NCBI GenBank assembly: GCA_964016885.1
Contig: OZ024741.1
Coordinates: 226,982,001 to 227,046,000, forward strand
From: Eledone cirrhosa
Taxonomy: Eukaryota
Length of the DNA stretch: 64,000 nt
Direction of reading: 5' to 3'
Shown here in pieces: positions 57,577 to 64,000 of the stretch (position 1 is the stretch's first letter; every line of letters begins with the position of its first letter). The notes under the pieces are model-generated. The model ran no database searches. It was not told the origin of the DNA and worked only from the letters and a program-made list of their open reading frames with translations. Both the position numbers and the translations under genes were made by a program.

Positions 57577-59014
57577 AGTAATAATAATAAATGTGAAGAC
57601 TAAAATCCAAAGAGGACACGATAAGGATAAATATATATCAAAAATATATAAGAACCCTAGAGCAAATATTTATTACAGATTAAAATTTAAGCAAAGAATC
57701 GCTGCTTTCACCCTTGACAGGATCTTCTGAAACTAAAAAAAATCAATCTGTGAACGCAGAAGTAAATATTTCAAAACACGTTGCCGAATGATTCTCGGCT
57801 TCGGAGTTAAGAATAATGTAAATAAATTAGTTGAACAAAAATGACAGAGGTTATTAAAATCATAAAAGTAATAATAATTAAACATTCCTGTATTACAGCC
57901 CCACATTATACCCTTAACGGATAGTACGAACAATGTGCGGATAATTTACGTCTTGATGTGGTAGCTAAGTATATTTTATGTTTATACCATTACTTATTTG
58001 TATAGGTACCTTACCCGTATGTCTTGTTGGGTGCGTATACTTTCTCGTACGTTTATATGCTTGTATTTGTTACAGGTGTATATATTATATATTCTGGTAT
58101 GTGTGTATATGGTTATGTGTATCTCATGTTTGTGCGTGTATATTTGTATGCATGGATGAGTGTTTGCACGTACGTAAGGTGTGTATATGAGTACATTGGG
58201 TTTTGGTATATATACGTTTGGTGAACATATGTGTATTTACCTGTAGGTATGTGTGTGTGCGTTATATACGTATAATGTGTATATATTTATATATGTTTAT
58301 ATAATTATATGTATACATACACACACACATATTTTTATATGTATATTTGGGGTATACGTTCGGGTTTACGCACACTTGCACGTGTTTATCTGTACGTGCA
58401 TGTATATGAATGTATGGAGTGTGCTTTCGCGTATGCACATGTATTTATATAGAGGTGCGTATGTATTATATGTAATTATTATTACTGGTGGATTGGCAAT
58501 ATGGGTAGAGGGCCGGACGCCATGCTTTGCAGCAAAGAATTACGGCCCTTTATGGTCTGAGTTCAAATCCCGCCTTATGGGATCGATAAAATAAAGTACC
58601 AGTAATACACTGGGATAATTGCTGGTCTTGTGCCAAAAGTAGAAACAATTATTACTTTTACGATTTTAATAACCTCTGTCATTTTCGTTCAACTAATTTA
58701 TTTACATTAACACTAACTCCGAAGCAGAGTTTCCTAAATAGAATATTAGGCGAACGACTCCATTTATACCATAAACGTGGCTTTGTCTTTGCGTGTATTT
58801 GTTCTCATCGATCCACATAACGACGTTTTATCTTCGTTTTTTTCCGTTCTTTGCCAGGGAACCTCTTCACGAACCAAAGTATCGTCTTCCTGTTTTCCTT
58901 CGGTGGCAACGTTTTTCGGAATATTTACTTCTGCGTTAACAGATTGATCTTTTTAGTTTCAGAAGGTCCCGTTTAGGGTGAAAGCAGCGATTCTTTGCTT
59001 AAACTTTAATCTGT

Positions 59015-59020
<6 letters not shown>
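57577..59020 (+). mobile_element. Rearranged older family 1 pLTR copy with 5' inversion and a SINE at 58487-58650
   Basis: 57577-57925 is minus-oriented and 57913-59020 plus-oriented; same HHR-like motif. Confidence 0.8.
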
Positions 59021-59102
<82 letters not shown>

Positions 59103-59105
59103 ATA

Positions 59106-59151
59106 CGTTTGTTGTTAGTGATGATCGTGTTTTGTGGCCAGCGTCTCAGAT

Positions 59152-59219
<68 letters not shown>

Positions 59220-59330
59220 TATATAAATATGTGTGTGTGTGTGTGTGCATGTGTGGTTATGTGTGTGTTTAAACCAGCGTTCGAATCTGAGACGCTGGCC
59301 ACAAAACACGCTCATCACTAACAACAAACG
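59106..59330. repeat. 50-bp inverted repeat bracketing a (TA)n/(TG)n tract
   Basis: 59106-59155 vs 59281-59330. Confidence 0.85.
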
Positions 59331-59529
59331 CGCAAAGAGAATCTGTTATGGCTGATTCCAAATCTGCTAGGAATAGCAGTCAGGTTGGTTATCATATCTG
59401 GGATGTTTTCTTCTTTGATTTTATAAAATTAGTATCAATAAACCTTCCTTGGTATACCCTTATTTCACATCTGCACCTACATTTCGATTGTCAGTTTTCG
59501 TATAGTTTGATAGTTTTTAATTTTGATAA

Positions 59530-60240
59530 CAAGGCCCAGAGTGTTTTTAATTTAATTTTTTTAATTCTGGATTCAAATTTGGTGGGAGGGAATAATCGAT
59601 TAAATTGGTCAAAAACATAACTAGTACTTATTTTATATCTATCCCTAATTACTCTCTATTTTGTCAACACTGGAAGGATTAAAAGCAGCTTCGAACCCGG
59701 TGAGAATTGAACTCAGAACTTAAATAGACGTTGAAATCTAATTAAACGTTTGGTACGATACTTTACTGTTTTTGCCACTTCAAAACCCTTATAATAGTCT
59801 CAAATTTAGATACACATGTTTCGGGGCTATGAAAAGTCGATTACATCAACTCCCAGTGCGTGATTGCCACTTTATTTTAACGCCCTAGAAGGATAATGGC
59901 TAACGTAACTTCAGTGGGATTTGAAATCAGAATGTAAAGAACCGGAACAAGTACCGCAAAGAATTTTGTCTGACGCTCTAACCATTCTGCCAATGGTAAT
60001 GTTATTTAATTAAGGCAGAAGACCAGGAAATTTGGAGGAAGGACAAAATTGATTAAATTACACTTAGTGCTCAGTGGATGTAAACAAAGTATCAATTGAT
60101 TCCGGTTCTTGAATGATACTTTATTTTATCGACCTGAATGTATGAATGCAAAGCTTACCTAGATCTAATTTAAACTCAGAAGGTAAAGAGACGTAAATGG
60201 CGCATAGTTTTTGTCCACCGCTAATGTTTTTTCAGCCCAT
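59530..60240 (-). mobile_element. Three highly degenerate SINE copies
   Basis: Repeated tttattttatcgacc / gatttgaactcagaa-like motifs. Confidence 0.55.
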
Positions 60241-60621
60241 TGCCATTTAATTACTGGTACGTATTAGTGTATCTATGTTAAAAGATATACATAATGCAAA
60301 TGTAATTATTTTGAAATATTCTTATGCAATTTCATCTGCAATTTAGAGCTCAAATATTCTGTAAATAAGATGCCAACACGTGGGTGCTAATTACAGACAT
60401 CCGCATAATTAGGAGACTTATCTAAGCACGTTCTCTGGTTTTATTTTTCAAATTTCTCTGATACAGGAAGAGCCGGTTTTCAACTCAGGTAACAAGGTTC
60501 TTTCATTGGAATTTAGAAAACATCAACAACTTAGTCATGCATTATGTATGTATGTATGTATGTATGTATGTATGTATGTATGTATGTATGTATGTATGTA
60601 TGTATGTATGTATGTATTATG

Positions 60622-61470
60622 TATTATAGAAGCTCTTGTGCTTAAGCAACGACTCCGTTGGAGTGGTCACCTTGCCAGGATGAAGGATTCTAGAATACCA
60701 AAACAACTCATTTATGGAGAGTTAGTTAAAGGAAAACGACCGCCACATAAACCAAAAAAGAGGTATAAGGATTCCTTGAAAGCTTCTTTGAAAGACGCTA
60801 ACATCTCTGCTGATACATGGGAGAATATTGCTGCTGATCGTAATAAATGGAGAAAGACTGTATATGAGGGAAAAGTTGCCTTTGAGGCATCTCGAATCGC
60901 ATACGAGAAAGTAAAGCGGGATGTGAGGAAGGGCATTGCTGTTGCACTTCCAGACGGCGAGGGTCCTCCTATGGTGCTGACATGCAGCGTCTTTGCGAGA
61001 CTCTGCCTAAGCAAAGCTAGACTCGAAAGTCATGTTCGCAGTCATAAAGTAAGACCAGTGGTTGACTACCAGGCTGTTGTTGGAGATGCTACTCATCATG
61101 CTTGCCAAGTATGTGGTAGAGAATGTAAATCAGCAGGAGGGCTCAAACGACATGCAAAAGTACATGAACTCCAACCACAGCCGGCTATTCCCAGTGAATG
61201 TTTTGGTTGCCGACTCTGTGCAAGACATTTTAGATCATTGGCTGGGCTAAAAAGCCACATTCGATCACAGCGCTGTTAGTTGCTATCTTGTGTGTGTGTA
61301 TAGATATGTTTGTGTGTGTGCGTGTGTGTGTGTGTATATATATATATATTATTATTGTTGTTGTCGTTATTATTATTATTGTTGTTATTATTATTATTAT
61401 TGTTATTAATTTTTTTTTTCTCGTGCAATGGCCATACTCGATAACGAGGGGGCAGCCATCATGTATTATG
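60622..61470 (+). mobile_element. RTE (BovB-like) 3' fragment with three C2H2 fingers, in (TATG)n
   Basis: RLRWSGHLARM..RIPKQLIYGEL..KRYKDSLK..WENIAADRNKWR; CxxC..H..H x3 (first and third degenerate). Confidence 0.88.
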
Positions 61471-61505
61471 TAAGTATGTTTGTATGTATATATAAGTATA
61501 TATAT

Positions 61506-62199
61506 ATTGTTATACTTTGGGAGGGTCATGTTGCCAATAAGAAACACACGCACCAGTTTCTTTCACTACAATTTATTATGAATTTTAAAAAAAATTTTTT
61601 TTAATTTATAAATTTCCGGTTGGTTAGTTGGTTCCACAATCGGACTGTTGTTCATATATTGTTAAAGTTCTTTCGTCACACATTCTGTGACCTCTTCAAT
61701 GACTGGGGATTCTGTTCTTTGTTATGTGCCTCTCCTTTGTTCTGTCCTACCCCATCTTGTTTTTGTGTGTGTTGTGTGCTTAGTTTGCGCATGTGTTACA
61801 TCCGGGTGTCTGTGTGTGTATTTATTTGTTTATTTAGATGTTACTGGTTGGTTGTTTGTTCTATGTGTGTGTGTTTTCATTTTGTCCTTAATTGTAAGTT
61901 GTGATGTTGCTATTCCATTCATGTTTTCTATTTAATTTTGGTTGGAGTTCATTTATGTTTTTTGCCATAATAATACCACTGATGATGTTGCAGATGCGCA
62001 ACGAAATAACTTCGTTATACTATATATATGTATTTTTGACCGTTGGTCAGTCAATGATAAACATTGAGGACCAAATGAATTAACTGTGGAGATATAAAAG
62101 ATACAGAAGCGAAAATCAACCAAACAGTGAGTGTGTTCTGTTATTATTTCTTTATTTCTGGCAATATTATTACAACAATATGACCCCCTCCGCAAGTAT

Positions 62200-62203
<4 letters not shown>
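61506..62203 (+). mobile_element. Non-coding pLTR-like unit with ~28-bp inverted ends and an HHR-like motif at 61979-62019
   Basis: ttgttatactttgggagggtcatgttg vs caatatgaccccctccgcaagtataacaa; CTGATGA t gttgc..gcaac GAAA taac-ttc-gtta TA (stem I unpaired). Confidence 0.6.
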
Positions 62204-62237
<34 letters not shown>

Positions 62238-62238
62238 T

Positions 62239-62292
<54 letters not shown>

Positions 62293-62294
62293 AT

Positions 62295-63200
62295 AAGAGT
62301 CCTGGCACTGCTGAGCAAAGACCGGGACAAGGGGGACCATATTGATAATTTTAGGCTCATAACTCTGCTAAACTCAGAGTTCAAAATTTTAGCAAAAGTG
62401 TTAGCGACGAACTTGGCGCTTCTCGTCGGTTGTCTGGTAACTGGGGCACAGACATTCGCCATTTCGAAGGGATTAATCCCCGACAACCTACAGCTTATGC
62501 AATACGAGAGGGTAGCTAAAGAACCTGGCACGGTTGAAGCACTTCGAAAGGCTTCGATAGAGTCGACTATGGTCCCTGTCTGACTGCACTGGACGTTTAC
62601 TCTTTTACTCCTTGCGGAAAGGACATGTTCCGATGGTCATGTGATCCATCTACTGTCAACACCAACTGCGCGGTTGACTGGGAATAACTGTGGTCGCCGT
62701 TTCTTAGAGGCGTTTTAACCAGCTCGTCTCTTTGATGGAGCTACAGCCCTGGGTCCAGCGAAGACCGAGAGGGAGCATTTGGAAACTAGAATACCCACAA
62801 GCGGTCACAACCCTCTACCAATCGGACAGTTGATAGGAGAGCATTGCCAATTCTAGATATACTCTACAGGCATGGAAGGACGTGAAAGACGAATTCGGTT
62901 ATCAATTTAGTCCAGGACAGGCATTTTTTATCTGCTTAGTGGCCATGGCAAAAGAAGTCGTTTGAGGACAATCAGTTTCCTCTTCCCCGTTTTCAGGTTT
63001 CACTTGAAGAGGAAAATCAGGGTGGAGAGAAAAGTGCTGTATTCTAACCAGATTGTTGAAAGGTGTAGGAGAGTGGCGAGCACGACCCGGGTGAATGGAC
63101 CTTCTCTGAGTGTGCCCTTGTAGACTTGAGGACAACTGAGCGAGGGCACTTGGCTTGGCGGTCAAGGTGGCCATAGATTTTTGTGGGCTTCCTCACGAGT
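62295..63200 (+). pseudogene. Degenerate L1/Tx1-clade LINE RT fragment
   Basis: NFRLITLLNSEFKILAKVLA..AQTFAI..IPDNL..KASI(=KAFD). Confidence 0.65.
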
Positions 63201-63374
63201 GACACTCGGAGAAATTCCCCTTTTTGAGAAATTTGTTTTGTTTGATTTTTTAAATGTTTATTTTTTTAGTTTTTTATACCCTTTTTACACACAAACCTCG
63301 ACATACATCATCCGATGTCATCTTTATTATTTGTTTAATGTCAGACCTGTGTGTCTAATAGAAAAATCATTGTA

Positions 63375-63582
63375 TTGGTAGTATCGGTAGAGTGTTGGAC
63401 AACATGCTTTGCAGCATAGAGCTACGTCCCTTTACAGTTGGAGTTCAAATCTCGCTGAGGTTAACTTTGCTTTCATCCTTACGCGGTCGATAAAATAAAG
63501 TACCAGTCACGCACAGGAGTCGATTTATTCGACTTTCCCCTCCCCAAAAATTGCAGGCCTTTATAAGAAACCGATATTATTA
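63375..63582 (+). mobile_element. SINE
   Basis: Matches 4718-4940. Confidence 0.8.
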
Positions 63583-64000
63583 TTGGCGACCTACGTAGGA
63601 AATCATATTATCGTGAGCTCCACAAAGGTTTGTTGTTTTCAGTTGTTTCAAATTGGCAGTTATGGAAAATGTTTGTTGTTAAGTGTTTATAAGTTCACAT
63701 ATATTGCTTTCTGAAAAGGACACTCAATAATATTGGTGCCTTGAGCCCAAAATTTAAACTTTTATAATTATCAAACAAAACTTTCTTTGAAAAAAACATG
63801 GACGGCTCTCAGCCTTCCTAACAAACCAACATCTCCCACCACCACCATTGTAAACATTACTACGGTTGCCAAACTAAAAATATAAGCAGTGGCAATAATT
63901 TAAATTTGTCACATGCAGACATTCATTTCCCGCCATTACCAATAACTGCAGTGTTAAAGCCGCCACCCCCACCACCACCACAGCGACAACAGAAACAAAA

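Noticed and set aside
59348-59390. Possible host first exon (MADSKSARNSSQ|gt)
   Set aside because: Too short, with no homology or downstream exon support

Overview
AT-rich animal genomic DNA, most likely from a cephalopod (octopus-like SINE families, very dense (TA)n/(CA)n/(GA)n microsatellites). I can support no host protein-coding exon; the window is almost entirely transposable-element debris. It is dominated by Penelope-like retroelements (PLEs; RT + C-terminal GIY-YIG endonuclease) of at least 8 families. Nearly all sit in (TA)n tracts and show partial-tandem and 5'-inverted pseudo-LTR (pLTR) structures, including a ~7 kb inverted/tandem complex at 23573-30630. Reading by eye gives about 14 different type-I hammerhead-ribozyme (HHR) motifs in pLTRs and short non-coding units. 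Several have non-canonical cores, and one 533-nt tandem unit has hammerhead parts in scrambled order. Also present: R4/Dong, RTE and L1/Tx1 LINE fragments, an RTE-derived short element, tRNA-derived SINEs, Helitrons and TA-flanked MITEs. Most ORFs in the supplied track are microsatellite artefacts. Clade and species calls come from remembered motifs, not database searches, and many boundaries are approximate.
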